From: Owenia fusiformis
Lineage: Eukaryota
NCBI GenBank assembly: GCA_903813345.2
Contig: CAIIXF020000001.1
Span: 38,006,001-38,070,000, forward strand
Length of the DNA: 64,000 nt
Direction of reading: 5' to 3'
Position 1 is the first letter of the stretch, and each line of letters starts with the position of its first letter. Shown here piece by piece: positions 1 to 14,540 of the stretch. Under the pieces are notes generated by a model. The model worked only from the letters and a program-made list of their open reading frames with translations. It had not been told where the DNA came from and searched no databases. Both the position numbers and the translations under genes were made by a program.

Positions 1-1600
1 TGTATGGTCATAAAAAATTGAAGAAATGTAATGAAAATATCCAATTCAAGCTGTTGCTATGGTAACAGTATGTTGCAAAACTATCTGCTGTGAAACAATT
101 CTTTGGGAAATGTTACATTTTGACTAGTTGACTGACATGTATTCCTTCTTAAATTTGATGGCTGGCAGAAAATAATCTAATAACGATAGAAAATTATCTA
201 ATTAGGATTGTGTTATATTATGATGTCATAATGGCAATTATTAATCAGGGGTGCAACCAGCTTTCAATCAGGGGGGGGGTGCGATATCGGCATAAGCAAC
301 TCAAAAAAAGTTTAAATATGACTTGAAATTTATAAAAATTCCTTCAAAATTGAGCTAGAAGCTTCAAGTCAAAAGCATTTTAAAAGCTCTTCTGCTGAAA
401 GAACAATGGAAATGACGGCTTGGATCTCCTGCTGTAATGGTTCTATTTTTATTGGTTAATGGGGGGGGGGGGGGGGTGCCCGAATCACACCACCTGACTA
501 TGTCTATGTTTCCTATTGTATTCAGGTGAATATGCCATCCCCACTTTTCAGGTGTTTTCCAAAGTCTTGATTCTGTCAGTTGTCATGATGATAGCTCTAA
601 TGTATATGAATTTTTCATCAAATGGAAACTAAAGAATCAGACAATGCATGGGAAATGTAGAATGACAGACTGATATACCTGTTATGGTATGACTACCAAA
701 GCTGTTTTCGTGATTATTTTCTTGATGATTCCAAATTGGTATCTTGTCCTTTGAAATTCACCATAAAAGTAGGTCAAAGCTGAAAACTATGATTGGTTTA
801 CATTCTATTTCTTTACATGTATAGAGTATGATCAAGAAATATTATTGGCGATTCTAAATCTGCGATGCTGTTGCTATGGTAACCAAGTAAATATGCCACG
901 CCCATTTTTAGGGGCTGTTTTCAGTGTTTGGCCCCCATCTCCACCATTATTGCTCAGATTTTGACAAAATTCAGACCAAATTGAAAGGAATAGATAATGC
1001 AATCAGAAGATATTAAGTTGACAATTCAAGATGATTCCAAATTGGTATCTTGTCCTTTGAAATTCACCATAAAAGTAGGTCAAAGCTGAAAACTATGATT
1101 GGTTTACATTCTATTTCTGTTTATGTATAGAGTATGATCAAGAAATATTATTGGCGATTCTAAATCAACGATGGCGTTGCTATGGTAACAAAGTAAATAT
1201 GCCCACCCACTTTTAGGGGCTCTTTTCAGTGTTTGGCCCTTATCTTCTTCATTATTGCTCAGATTTAGATGAAATTTGCACCAAATCAAAAGTAATAGAT
1301 AGGGCAATCAGACGGTTAGTAAACTATGCAAATAGAATTATTTGCATATTGATTATGACGTCATAAATGTTTGTTCTTGCATATGTTATCTTAATCATGA
1401 TGTATTAATCTGTGAAATTATTGTCTTTAAAATAGTCAGTCATGCTTTTAACTAATTAATTAGTTTATTTCTTTAAGTTGAGTTCATACATTCATTCATA
1501 CTTGCATGGTCATAAAAACTGAATGAATCTAAAAATGTAATGAAAGTGTCCAATATATGCTGTTGCTATGGTTTCAGCACGTAGCAAAACTATCTGATGT

Positions 1601-2810
1601 AAAAACCAGAACAACGGCAACGCCAAAGCGTAGCAAATCCCATCGAACAGAAATGGCTGTCATTTTTACAAACGAAGCGCAAATATCATAAAACAACACA
1701 CCAGAAAGGCCACCATTTTCAAAATGGTTGCTCACTAGCCAAGTTGTCATCAGAAGAAATAATATGCTTTTAAGTAGCCACCTCTAAAATTTTTTGAAAA
1801 ATCGCACACGTACTTGTAAAATAACACACGTAAAAATGGTGGCCATTTTTCAAAATGGCCGACTACTCCCCAAAGTTTTATTAGACAATGTGCCATGCTT
1901 AAAGTATTCACATATCAAATATGAACAAAATCGCTCCACTACTTTTCGAGTTATAGTAAAATACGTTAAATGGCGGCCATTTTTCAAAATGGCCACCTTC
2001 TACCAAAAGCGTCATTAGAAATAGACGGTGTTCCATGCTTATAGTATTCACATACCAAATATGAACAAAATCGCTCCACTACTTTTCGAGTTATGGTAAA
2101 ATACATTAAAATGGCGGCCATTTTTCAAAATTGTTTTCAAAATGGCCGCCTTCTACCAAAATTCATAACTGTCATAGGACAGTGTGCCATGCTTATAGTA
2201 TTCACATACCAAATATGAACAAAATCGCTCCACTACTTTTCGAGTTATAGTAAAATACGTTAAAATGGCGGCCATTTTTCAAAATGGCCGCCTTCTACCA
2301 AAAGTGTCTTTAGACAGTGTACAATGCTTATAGTATTCACACACCAAATATGAACAAAATCGCTCCACTATTTTTAGAGTTACAGCAAAAACCGTAAAAT
2401 GACGAGTAAAGGCCGCCATTTTTCAAGATGGCTGCCATGTGCTTTTTAATATCTACATTTGTAGCATTATTAATGTCCTTTATAATTTTTTTTACATTTA
2501 AAACATATTGCTATTACAGTTTTACATATTGCACCTAAATTACTGTAAAATCGTCACTAAAATGGCCGCCATTTTGAAATGAGCGGCCATTTTGAAAATC
2601 GGCTTTCGAGCAGAACTTCTACCCCCATAGGGTATATGTGTACGAAATATGAACAAAATCGGGCCAACGGTATTTGAGTTATTGCCCGGACGGACGGACG
2701 GACAGACGGACGGACGGACGGACGTACGTACGGACGGACGGACGTACGTACGGACGGACGGACGGAGGCGTTCCCTATATCCCTCCGAACTTCGTTCGAT
2801 GGGATAATAA
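1601..2810. mobile_element. Helentron-associated (HINE/DINE-1/pearl-like) non-autonomous element with an internal tandem array
   Basis: A-rich ends; 4 or more internal ~135-155-bp repeats (catgctt..gtattcaca..tatgaacaaaatcgctccact); (GACG)n microsatellite ~2688-2765; terminal hairpin atccc.ccgaac..gttcg.gggat. It interrupts a repeat that is contiguous at 81-110. Confidence 0.75.
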
Positions 2811-3640
2811 TTCTTTAGGAAATTTTACATTTTGACTAGCTGACTGACACATGTATTCTTTTTAAAATATGATGACAGAAAATAATCTTATAACTATACA
2901 TTATTTAATTTGGATTGTGTTTTGCAATTATTAATCAGGGGTGCAGCCAGCGTTCAGTCAGGAGAGGGGGATTGCGATTGTGGCATAAGCAACCCAAAAA
3001 TGTTTTAAAGATTTGTTTTGAATTTTACAAAAATTGATGCACCTTCCTTCAAAACTGAGCTAGAAGCTTCAGGTCAAAATGCTTTTAAAGCTCTTCTTCT
3101 ATTTAATGTTTCTATTTTTATGTTTATGGGGGCGCACCCATCGCACCCCCTGGCAATGCATATCTTAATCCAATATGATGTTGCTATGGTAACTAGGTGA
3201 ATATGCCACCCCCACTGTTCAGGGCTTTTTCAAAGTTTTGCTTCTATCTTTGTCATGATTACAGCTTGAGTGTGTATGCAATATTCACCAAATTGAAGCT
3301 AAAAATCAGACAATGCATGGATTATGTAGATTGACTGACTGGCATGCCCATCGTGGCATTAATAGCTGCTAATGGTTTTGAAATCCGAAAAAATGTTCAA
3401 CGTCAATGTACATAAAAAAATAATATCATTTTATGGTATAGGTCAATACTTTAGCCTTTTCATTATTTTAGGTCACGTAGACATAACTGTACCAATTTTG
3501 AACCGAATGGTTGGATGTCAGATTTCAAAACCAAAAGCATATCTTAAATCAGGGGCTTCCATACTCCATACTTGTAAAGAAATGGAATTAATCATAGTTT
3601 TCAGCTTTGACCTCATTTTATGGTGAATGTCAAAGGACAA

Positions 3641-4093
3641 GGTTCCAATTACCCAAATGCGAGTAGGTAGTTACCAGTTTCACCACCAGGTGGCTGATTC
3701 GGGTCAATTAACATGGCAGGTATATAAGAAAGTTCCCTTAAACTTGAATATTATCAATTTAAGTGGCTTAATTTTAATATAACCCTTATGTGTCTGATAC
3801 TTATACTAATGAAAATATGTCCAGTAAAGCAAAATATTATCTGTCCACTAAAAGAAAAGATATTTCATTTTTTGTGATTTTATAGCATGGGGTCTATGGG
3901 GAATCTCCCCGAGCTAGAAGTCACATTTTCAAAGAAAATTAATTTTTCAAAGTTGATAAACACTTTTTAAAACCACATTTCTAGATGTAATTTTACATGT
4001 AGATTTTAAATATGATATTACTTTAACTGACTTTTGAATTTTTAATGACGTAAATCAAGATTATTTCTACTCGCATCTGGGTTATTTGGAACC
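3641..4093. mobile_element. MITE-like element
   Basis: Inverted termini ggttccaattacccaaatgcgagtag / ctactcgcatctgggttatttggaacc. Confidence 0.6.
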
Positions 4094-6520
4094 ATTTTGA
4101 GCAATTTTACCTTATTGCAAGAGATAATCACAAAAAGCAGCTATGATACCATAACAGGTACTGTACTCCTGATATTTTTCGCCTGCGATTTAGTTTCATG
4201 CTTTATAAAAAAGCGAAAAATTAATCTTTGCGAAATTGTCAATTAAATCCCGGGGATTTCTGAAATTTATTATTACAATTTGTGTTTTGTAAAATGTTTG
4301 TCAAGTGTTTTAGGCGATTAATGGGATAGTAGGTACCAATGTCTGTTACAGATGAACCATTTTGAGCAATTTTACCTTGTTTCAAGAAAATAATCACAAA
4401 AACAGCTATGATACCACAACAGGTACTTAGTATGTCAGTCAGCCAATCTACATTTTTCATGTATTGTCTGAATCACCTAGCATATTCACCTAATGGTTAC
4501 CATAGCAACATCAAGTTGGATGAACATAGGCAGTGCTTAGGGGGGGGGGGGGGGGGGTTGTGCGCTGGGTTCACCTACCCCCTCATATCCGATAAAAATA
4601 AAACCATTAGATAAAAGAAGGCTTTCGACTTGAAACTTTTTGCTAAACTTTGTAAAACTTTTTGTAAAATTCAAAACCTATCTTATAAATACTTTTGGGT
4701 TGCCTGTGCCACGATCACAGGCCCCCTTCTGACTGAAAGCTGGCTGCGCCCCTGATTTAAAATTGCCATTATGACATCATAATATAACACAATCCAAATT
4801 TAATAACTATGGTTATTAGATTATTTTCTGTCATCAAATTTTAAAAAGAGTACATGTCAGTCAACTGGTCAAAATGTAACATTTCCTAAAGAACTCTTGT
4901 TTACAGCAGATAGTTTTGTTACATGCTGTCACCAAAGCAACAGTGTAAGCAACACTTTCATTATATTTATTCAACTTTTATGATCATACATGTGTGAATA
5001 GAATAACTAAAAACTCAACTAAAAGAAATAAACAAGACTAGTTAAAAGCATTATACGGACCATTTTAAAGACAATAATTTACCAGATCTATACATTATGA
5101 TTAAAATGAAATATGCAAGAACAAACAGTTATGACGTCATAATTGATATGCAAATCATCATATTTGCATATATTAAAATCTGTGTGATTGCTCTATCTAT
5201 TACCTTTCATTTGGTGCAAATTTCATCTTAATCTTAGCAATAATGACTAAGTTAGGGGCCAAACACTGAAAATAGCTCCGAAAAATGGGCGTTGCATATT
5301 TACTTTGTTACCATTGCAACGCCATATCGGATCCAGAATTGCCAACTTAATATTTCCTGATTGCATTATCCATTAGCTTCCATTTGGTATGAATTTCATC
5401 TAAATCTGAACAAAAATGACAGAGATAGGGGCCATACACTGAAAAGAGCCCCCAAAAGTGGGCGTGGCATATTTACTTGGTTACCATAGCAATGCCGTCG
5501 CGGATTCAGAATTGCCAACATCATTTTTCTTGGTAAGTATCACGTATAGTTCATGAAAATATATGTCACTTAGCTCGCCTCTAAAAAGGACACGGAATGA
5601 CCTTTGCTCCCATACTATATACATGTATTTAAAAAAATGTTTGGAATTTCAAATCAATCTAGCCATGATATTGCCATATGAAAAAAAGATTTTAGTCTCA
5701 TAATATGTTGACATGGAACAAACATTACCCAAACCTGAACAATTTTTATCATCTTTATAAATGATATAATGCTAACTTAACTTCTTCAGTTATAGCCCAT
5801 TACTCCTTAAATTAAAAATATCCCACAAAAATGTAACATGTCTTTGTCTTAACTCTACTAATTCATGACCATGGTAATATCGTTACAGATAAAGATCAAA
5901 AATCTGTTGAACCAAAACATATGCAAAATGCTGACACCAACATCTGCTCATAAAAAAGAAAGCTACATAGTAACATATCATCCTAGTGTTGCCATAACAA
6001 GAAGCCACTTTGGATATAGAACAAATAGGTGCGATGAGTGCCACAATCGCATCCCCCTCTGACTGAAAACCAAATTTTTTTGCGATTGCAACCCCCTGAC
6101 TGAAAGCTTGCTACGCCCCTGGATTTATTCAAGAAGACACTACACTGAGGACTGTGCAGATGCTAAAATCAAACCAAAACGGCCAACCTCTGCTCGTCAA
6201 TTCAAAGTCTTATTTCACCAAGATGCAAGCTCTGGCTGATATGCTTCACTGTCATTCCATGTCAGTCTCATGGAGTCATGTTCTTTTAATATGTTCTAAG
6301 GACATCTTTGAATAGACAAGGCTCAAAAATCGAATTTTGTTATTCTGGATTGTCAGGGAGGGATGTTCAATTTTCCCAAAATAATACAATATAGTAGAGT
6401 TTAAGCCCAAATTCTCACAAGCCTTCGAATATTTTTGTCATTTTTCAATGAAATTTCAAAAGCAGGCTATAAAAGCTGAACCAAATAAAACAACAAGTAC
6501 TTGAATTATTGCCTGGACAT

Positions 6521-7078
6521 TAGTGATCTGCGGTATTGCCGGAAGTACCGTTACGGTGGCATTCTGCACTAATGTCGGTACTGAAATTCCAATACCGGAA
6601 TATCTGAAGAATCAATTAAACTTACCAGAAATCTCAAGATTATAATTATTATAAGTGTTTAACATCGATAAAAAGTGAAGAAAAGTAATCTTTTTCACAT
6701 TGGAAATATTTACATTTTGTTTTTATCTCCTTTTTGAAGAGTTAAGGGCACCACCTAGCGAGCGGAAGAACTTGTCAAAAAATGAAAATATTTTTCTTTT
6801 TTTTCAATTTGAGGAATGACTATGATAAATAGCTAGATGTCTTAATAATTCAACGCAGAAATTATCAATAATCAGGTAAGACATTGATAAATCATGACTA
6901 TAAACTGTGTTTGTATGAAATGGACCAAATTCACCACCAAAAACTTTGGCAAAATCTAAACTCAGTCACAGAAAGTACGAATTCGCGAACGTAGACCCAA
7001 AACCGCGGTATTTGGTAAGGGTAAGGTATTGAATTGGGGTAATACCGGCACCAGTTTTCACTACCATTTGGAACACTA
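6521..7078. mobile_element. hAT-type MITE
   Basis: TAGTG...CACTA termini, subterminal (a)taccg motifs, 8-bp TSD ctggacat / ccggacat. Confidence 0.7.
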
Positions 7079-7806
7079 CCGGACATAGGCCACGAACACA
7101 CATATACTTACCAAGCTTTGATGTCATGGTTGAGTGTTTTTTCCTCCCTGCTAAAGTGTGTCAGTCCGTAATTAAAATCTGAAAGCATAGATAAGACTTT
7201 GTCAGAAGAAAAAGATTCTCTCTAATAACATATCTTGCGAATCCTTACTTAGATAATTGCTGTATCTAAAATACTTAATGTAAAAGATACAGGCGTACAG
7301 ACATATTTATCACTACTATTGAAGGGGTTGTGGTGCTCTATAAGTCTACTAATGATGTGATAATAATGATTCAAACAAAATAGGCAAACTCGTCAAAATG
7401 CTTTTAGGTTTTGTTCCAATATGTAATTTAGATAACAACATGTAATTATTTATTCAAATCTAAAAAAACTGAAATGACAATTTGCATGATCTCGGATTTT
7501 ACAGCATACATGGAAATTTTCAAATAATGCTACAAATTATGCAGTAATGGAATATTGGTACCAGTTATGACTGACTTCGGAATTTGGACACAAATCATTT
7601 ACAAAGATATTTCAGTACAGTATATAAATGACAGAACTAAAATATCAATTTCTAAATGCAAATATATAACCTTAAACATCTCTTATAGAACCTAGAAAAG
7701 AATGTAGTGATGCATATTTTTTGCCTGGCATATCACTTAATCACTTATCACTAAATCCAAAAATAGGCGAGCCAGGTATTTGTTGTTATGTGGTTCTCTT
7801 ATAATA

Positions 7807-8014
7807 CAGTGATCTCCCCAGCATTAAAGCAAGTGGGTGTAGCACTCACCTGAGATTTTGAAAACAACCTTGTACCCACCTGAAAATCCATTTGCACCCA
7901 CTTGAAAATGAAAAAATCATGAAAATTGGACCAATTTTGATGATCAATTTTGATCTGAATTGTGAAAATGAGAATTTTGCACCCACTTGGGAAAAAATCC
8001 TGTGGAGAACACTG
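7807..8014. mobile_element. MITE with CAG termini and 5-bp TSD (hAT5-like)
   Basis: cagtgatctcccca ... tgtggagaacactg; TAATA on both sides. Confidence 0.65.
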
Positions 8015-8465
8015 TAATATGATTATAGACATTGGCAACGCTGATGTCTTGAAGTGGTGTTCACTAAACACATGTGTTCACTAGAGAGAGGTGTTCACTA
8101 AGACAGGTTTTACTGTGGCTACAGGATCAGAAATGATCAAATTGACAAAAACATACTTATTTGCTAGTTCGCATTAATGGTTTTATACTTTTACTGATAC
8201 AAAACAAAAACTCAATAATTAATCATCATATTTTCAGAGTAACAAAATGCTATGAGCACTGTATGCAAGACAATGTTCCTTACAAAAGAGAATCATTTAG
8301 AGCAACCTATTTAAGATTGATTTTCTTATAGAACATGAAAGGTTTCTAGATGTATATACCAAAACATGGTCGGTGTTACTTTGGTATTTCTACAAAATGT
8401 TACTTTGAATTTTCCATCAACACTGCAGCATTCCTCAGGCCAGAAAATTTTCATAATTTGATCTT

Positions 8466-9802
8466 TTTTTTTTTTTTTTTATTCCTTCATTCTTATTTAT
8501 GTACATGTAAATGTAAATATAAATATGTACATGTAAATGTAAGGCAATTTATAATATAAATAAAATTTACATAGACAAAAAAATACACTTATAGTTATGT
8601 TGTAAATATATGTTGACTAAATGAATGTTGAATAAAATTGCAATTGTTGTTGATTGTTGATTGATAAAAGAATGAGTAAGAATAAAGTGTATGTAAAACC
8701 AATGCAAGGGATGTGCTTTCATATCCTATTTTGATGCTGTTTACTATATGTTGTAAAGGGATCTACAATGTTTTTATTTACTGCTTGAATATCTTTTGAG
8801 CAGTTTTCCATGCTTTGTCATGGGCTTCTAACTTGTTATTCTTCTCTGCATTGCTTCTGCTTATGATTTCCTGGGCTTCAACATATTTCTTGAGGCCTGT
8901 CATATTTGGTGGTTTATTGTCTAATTTGTTGAGATAGATGTAGTGTTTAACCAAGAGTAGCGTCAGGTTTTCTCCCAAACTGGTGTTCTCTCCTAGGAAG
9001 TATTTTGCTCGTCAGGTTTTGTATTTCACACAGTTGGGTGACCATCTCTATGAATGGTTTGACAGCTATACATTCGTATAGACCATGTTCGATGGTATCC
9101 TGTTTGTCTTCTTTACACAATTCACATTGTGGGCTTGTTTTGATTTTCATATTGTGTAGCATTTTGTTGAAAAATATTGTTCGAAGTAATATTCTATATT
9201 GGAAATATCTCAGTTTTGTTTCCTTTGTTGTTATGTATATTCTACAGTAGTTGCATTTCCAGTTTATATTTGTGTTGTCTATCGCCTTTTCCCATAGTTG
9301 TTGTTGTTTTATTGGTTCTTCAGTGTGGCTTTTTATTAGTATGTTATATGTATCCTTATTCGTCATTGTTTGTAGTTCCTTTATAGAAATGGATTCTTCT
9401 TTCACATCAGTTTCTGTCTCGGTCCTTCTCTGTGTTTTTATTTGGTTTCTCCATTCTGCTGGTATGCTGTGTATGATGTGGTACCATTGAATGAATGTTG
9501 TGTTTATTAAATCAAATTTCCTTTTCAGTGCTTGGTACGGGATTAATTGATTGTCCTCATACAACTGTTTGATATATATTATCCCTTTGGATTTCCACCC
9601 CTCTATATATAAGGTCTCTCTTCTATTTTGTACATGTCTATTGTTCCAAATTATCTGGTTTTCGGGTGTATGGATGTCCTTGTACTCCTTATAATGTATT
9701 GCACACCATGCATTGTATACGTCCCTTGCTGCTGTAAGTTTGATGTTGCTGGCAATCATCGGATTGATTTCTCTGAGGTTGTATTCCCATGCATGTTCTC
9801 TG
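8466..9802 (-). mobile_element. 5'-truncated non-LTR retrotransposon (L1/Tx1-type ORF2 C-terminus, 3'UTR, poly(A))
   Basis: ORF 8947-9759 has IWNNRHV and the zf-RVT-like KLRYFQYRILLR...CELCKE..DTIEHGLYEC; frameshifted continuation 8778-8978. Poly(A) appears as the T-run at ~8464-8480. Target-site duplication ATAATTTGATCTT at 8453-8465 and 9803-9815. Confidence 0.9.
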
Positions 9803-12800
9803 ATAATTTGATCTTGAAATATTAGACATGTTTGCCTAAATCCTCAGTTACATTTGATTTAGGGCAACCGTACAGCCCCCCCCCCCCTAGCTTCCCAAAA
9901 TCTAGAGAAATATGCAGCATGAAATATAGGGATAAATAGATTTTGCGAAGCCATGACTGCTGTATGGCTGCTGTAAAGCAAATGTAACTGAGGCATAAAA
10001 GTTGTGACAAAGCAAGTTAGCCCCTCCTTTTCCAACAGACTTTTAACCAGGCACATGGTGAACAATATCATACCTCACAATCAAAAATGGCCACCTCATA
10101 ATTTACTCATGACAAGCTAATCAGTTCTTGATCGTTGTTTCAAGAAATATATCTGAAAATTGGTTTCAATAATTAGATTCCTTCTAGTGGTCTGTCTGGC
10201 AATGCACAGATAAGAAAGTGCGATATATCTTTTTAGGTTTAATATGAGAAAAAGTGCAACTCCTAAAGTAGCAAAACCCACCAAACAAAACAAATTTTAT
10301 CAAATCACTAATCATTTTGAACACAATATGATAGAAATAACCAGGCAGTTGTATACCGTCTCCTTTTAACAAAATTTACATCCATGATATGACATAAGCA
10401 TATAGAATTCTGACCAAAACATGATACCAGTAATTGAATTATTATAAAAAATTATTTCAGTATATGAAATCCGTACCAAATATGACAGCTGGTATTTCAG
10501 TTCTCAAAAAGTTTTCAGCCTACTAAGTTTCAACCCAATTTGTCAACCACGCCCCGAACAGACAAACAAACGAACAAACAAATAAAAAAACAGATGAACT
10601 ATATTTAGTGGGATAATAAATATTCAAAGAGTAACGCAAAAATATGTAAAAATTAAGACATAATTTACTAAAATTTCATTTAGTGTAAAGAAATAGATTT
10701 TCAAGAAAAAATAAATTGTTAATTGGTATTTCAGTTATTGCCAGACTAACTGAAGGACAGATAGAGGGCTCCACTATTACTTTGTAGATGCCTAATAAAT
10801 AGGCTTTTTCTCTTAAATTCATCATCTTCTTGGAGTCTGATAAGTTACCATAATGAGATTTTAGCTACAATCAATCAAAATAGGAATGACTATAATCATC
10901 CAATAATTCCAAGGGGTCCTTTTGAGAGAAGTGTTAATGTCCTATTACTCTTAGAACTCTTTCAAGGCCATCGATCCTTACAGGATATCATGAGCATTGT
11001 ATGTTTTAATCACTAAAACAAAGGAATAAATGTCACATTTTAACATCAAAACTTAAAGGCTACAACATACAATATGTAATATAGTTAACGAACGTAAGCA
11101 TAAAATGTTATTCTCATCAATACATGTAGACATATTGATGGCATAATGAGATTATGTTATTGTTAGGGCCTGATATCAAGATATTGATTGAAGTAGAATT
11201 GCTTCTGGCATTCATTGAATACATGTTAGTGGTTTTCAAGGAAAATATTTTGCCAAATATGCTTATATTGAGAATATCGATTCACCTTTGCGAACTTTAG
11301 TAAGTCAATTTTAGTAGACATTCATAATCTATTGTCTGGATAACTACATGGTTATATGGATATAAAATTCCCAACTATTCTTTCTCAACTGGATGAAATA
11401 TCTTTAATTTACCCAAAAAATCTGGTCAATTCTTAATTTCATCTCAGCACGAAGAAAATGCAAGTTAATCCAATGAGTATTTACTTCAAAGCTTTGATGC
11501 TCACTGCATTCAAGTTAAATGGCAAATCCAATCCAGCTACAAGCCATTTGTGACCCCCCACTGCAACCAGTGTGAAAAGGTGTAAGTCAAATAGAGAGAG
11601 AGGGGGGGGGACTTGTAGCTAGACTATGGCAAATTTTTCTTTTCAATATCTACTCTGAATGCTAGAATGCTCAGAGCAAGAATCAAGCAAGTGAGCGTAT
11701 ATCATGTCTGTTAATTAAGATGCTACACAGACAAGGTTTCAAGTTAAGTATTGAAAACTGGATGAACAACTTCCTAAATTCCAAGCCAATATTTTTCTAT
11801 TGTCAGGAAATCAATAAGCTCTTTTATGTGCATCATCTGCAAGTGTCTTCTGAACTAGACTTTTTAATTTGGTCCATTATTCAGAAACCCTATCAACTGA
11901 GTAAAATTATATCAGAACAAATGGTCCACATAGTTATCGTTTTCAGAGAAGTCATTGTTCCAGTGCTAAGGTCTTATCTATTGCACTGATTGTCTATTGC
12001 ATTTGGTAGTCACAGAACGAAATCTAACACTGATCTGGAAGTTTATGTTAATGAATTCAATTAATTTCTAAATTGGAGTTAATGAATGTTTAAGTTAATG
12101 GATTATGTATATACATGTATACATAAAAGTTGTTATTCAATGAATACTAATACTAAAATTATACTATACTGTCACAGGCAAATTTTTTCATTGGCCTTTT
12201 CGGACAAAGAGGCTACAAAACTTTCAAAACTGATCCAGATTTTCAATGATGTTTGCCCCCTCCTTGTCAATTTACTGATAAATATATTGGTGTATAGGCA
12301 CATTTAATTACGACTGTGTGGTTCCCACTGGGTTACTAACTAAATGGATAGACGGACTTCCATCAGAGGAAATTTTTTTTTTAATAATTTTTACCAAGAA
12401 GGAGGTTGAAAATGTATACAAATATTTTACCCATCTGTTTATAGTAACATCAGGTTCCAAGGGCTTCAATTATCAAGTGAGAAACCCCTTGCTTTAGCGA
12501 CCAGGATGTTAACACAATGCAACCAAGATGTTAACACAACACAACTAAGATGTTAACACAACGCAACCAAGATGTTATACAAAATTCACCAGATAACATC
12601 ATGGAAATTCACTTGATTGTTGGAGCTGCTGGATATACATTAAATATATCTTATAAATGAATACACTTCTTCAATTTTGTGCATTCTTACATAACCTTTG
12701 CTACTCTAATGCAGACTTTTTAATAAAAAAATCTGTCTTATTTTCCAAACATAATCACAAATTTATGTATTTGAAATATGAACTCAATCACTCAGTAGAG

Positions 12801-14540
12801 AAACTGAATGTTACATCTCTGAAGAATGAAAAATCAGGAAATTTGGAGTCATAGGAAATGAAGTCAAGTAACATCTCTTATCATGTCTTATAGACATATT
12901 AACCCTCCCCCCCTCAGTTCAATCCCCATCCGTTAAATTTTAATTTTTTTCAATTAATTTTTATATAACATATAAAAACTTATTTTAAAAAACCAGCAAT
13001 GACAAATAACGTCCCTTTTAAGTATTTTATTACAAGCCATGCTGACCATCATTGACTTTTACATTTTGGTGAAAATGCATCTTTTTTAATAGATCTCATA
13101 TCTTAGAAGCGTATCAGTTCAAAAAAATCTAAGAAGACCTAACATATTTTACCATACTGTGCACCTATTAATTTAGCAATTCAATCATAGTTTTTCTCTT
13201 GAAAAAATCGTCCATATTTGTTGAATTCTTGAAGAAATTGTCGTATCCCCCCTAATCCCCCCTATCCCCCTCCGTTCATTCTGTCCTATCACCGGGGCAT
13301 GCACAAACTTTATGTTGAGAGAATGATTCATCTGCAATTCATTAACCTGAGCCTAAGATTACCATTCACTTCAAAATTTAGCTCAACAAGTTAAACCTAA
13401 AATCTGGCCTTATTTCTTAACTGATATCTCTTGTGACCCGACTAGGTTTGACTTCCAAAAATGATCAGAATACCCACATTTCACAATTATAAATGAACAT
13501 TTAACACAAAGTTTTACGTGGAATTTTTTGATGGAAGGTGTTTCTATATTATTGTCTTGTTGAGCATCTTTCGCATATCATCAAGGAAAATTGGATATAA
13601 TCAATCGTGAAGTTTGACCCCCAACTTGATATTCTTAATCTCTTCAAGCAATTTGTTAAGCGCTGATCATGACTGCATATTTCTATAAAGAGAATGGCTG
13701 ATATTCTAGCAGTAGCAACAACCTTGAGCGATGACGAAAATGTCGCTACTGTCTGATATTTCAAATGGCTGTAAATAGCAATAGCAATCAAAAGCAAATT
13801 AGCAATCTAAAAGATTTTAACTAATATCTTAATCACTTCTGGTGAGCTTTGAGATCTTTGTTAATAAGACCAAAAACTCGCGATTCAAATTCTGTGAAAA
13901 AATGGTGACTGTTAATTTTGAATTTTGTAATCACGACACAAGGCAGAATATCGACTAGGAACCCTGGGAGCGAATCCTGCACATCCCAATTGTTAGCTGC
14001 ATGAATACATAGCACAGAAGTTAAACCCAAATTGGCCTCAAGAAAATACACATTAATAAATTAAGGCTGTTACGTTTGCTTGTTGGAGCCTAGATTCAGA
14101 CTTCAGATTCAGGTCATTTTTTCCAATATTTTTAGAATGTGAACACAATTCAAATACATAATTTACGCACATCCTATCTTATATCAAAGTAAGCCTTACC
14201 TTAGTATGTTATTCTACTCCTCTTCTATCGATGGAGCATACTATTGTCGCTAAAAATTTGCTTGATTAGAAGAAAACTGAGAAAGTACGGAAATTTTATA
14301 TGAATTTTTCAACACCCCTTCACCTTTGACATTTTATCTTGGAGTTGTACATTTTGGTAGCGAAATGTTTATTTTTTCAAGTTTTTTTATTTATAAAATT
14401 TGATATTTTGTCAATATATTTGATAAATAACATTCAGTAGGATCTATTGATATTGTGGCCCAAAATGTTGTGATTAATGAGATATCTTAGAATTTCTGAA
14501 GTCACATGTCATTCACTCCGGATTAAGTTGCTACTCTAAA

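Larger units (their letters stand above)
1..5560. repeat. Cluster of a composite interspersed repeat: direct copies (1-1600, 2811-3370) and an inverted copy (~4420-5560)
   Basis: Shared blocks such as gttgctatggtaac..aatatgcca and acattttgactag..gactgaca recur directly and as reverse complement. Internal ~300-bp tandem duplication (~725-1020 / ~1030-1310). Confidence 0.8.

Noticed and set aside
9005..9825. Plus-strand ORFs of 65-81 aa
   Set aside because: Antisense shadows of the LINE ORF2 fragment.
13549..14260. Possible divergent gene head-to-head with ZC2HC1A (minus-strand donor AAG|GTAAGG near 14200, short ORFs)
   Set aside because: No recognisable protein and no consistent exon chain. 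A non-coding exon remains possible but is unsupported.
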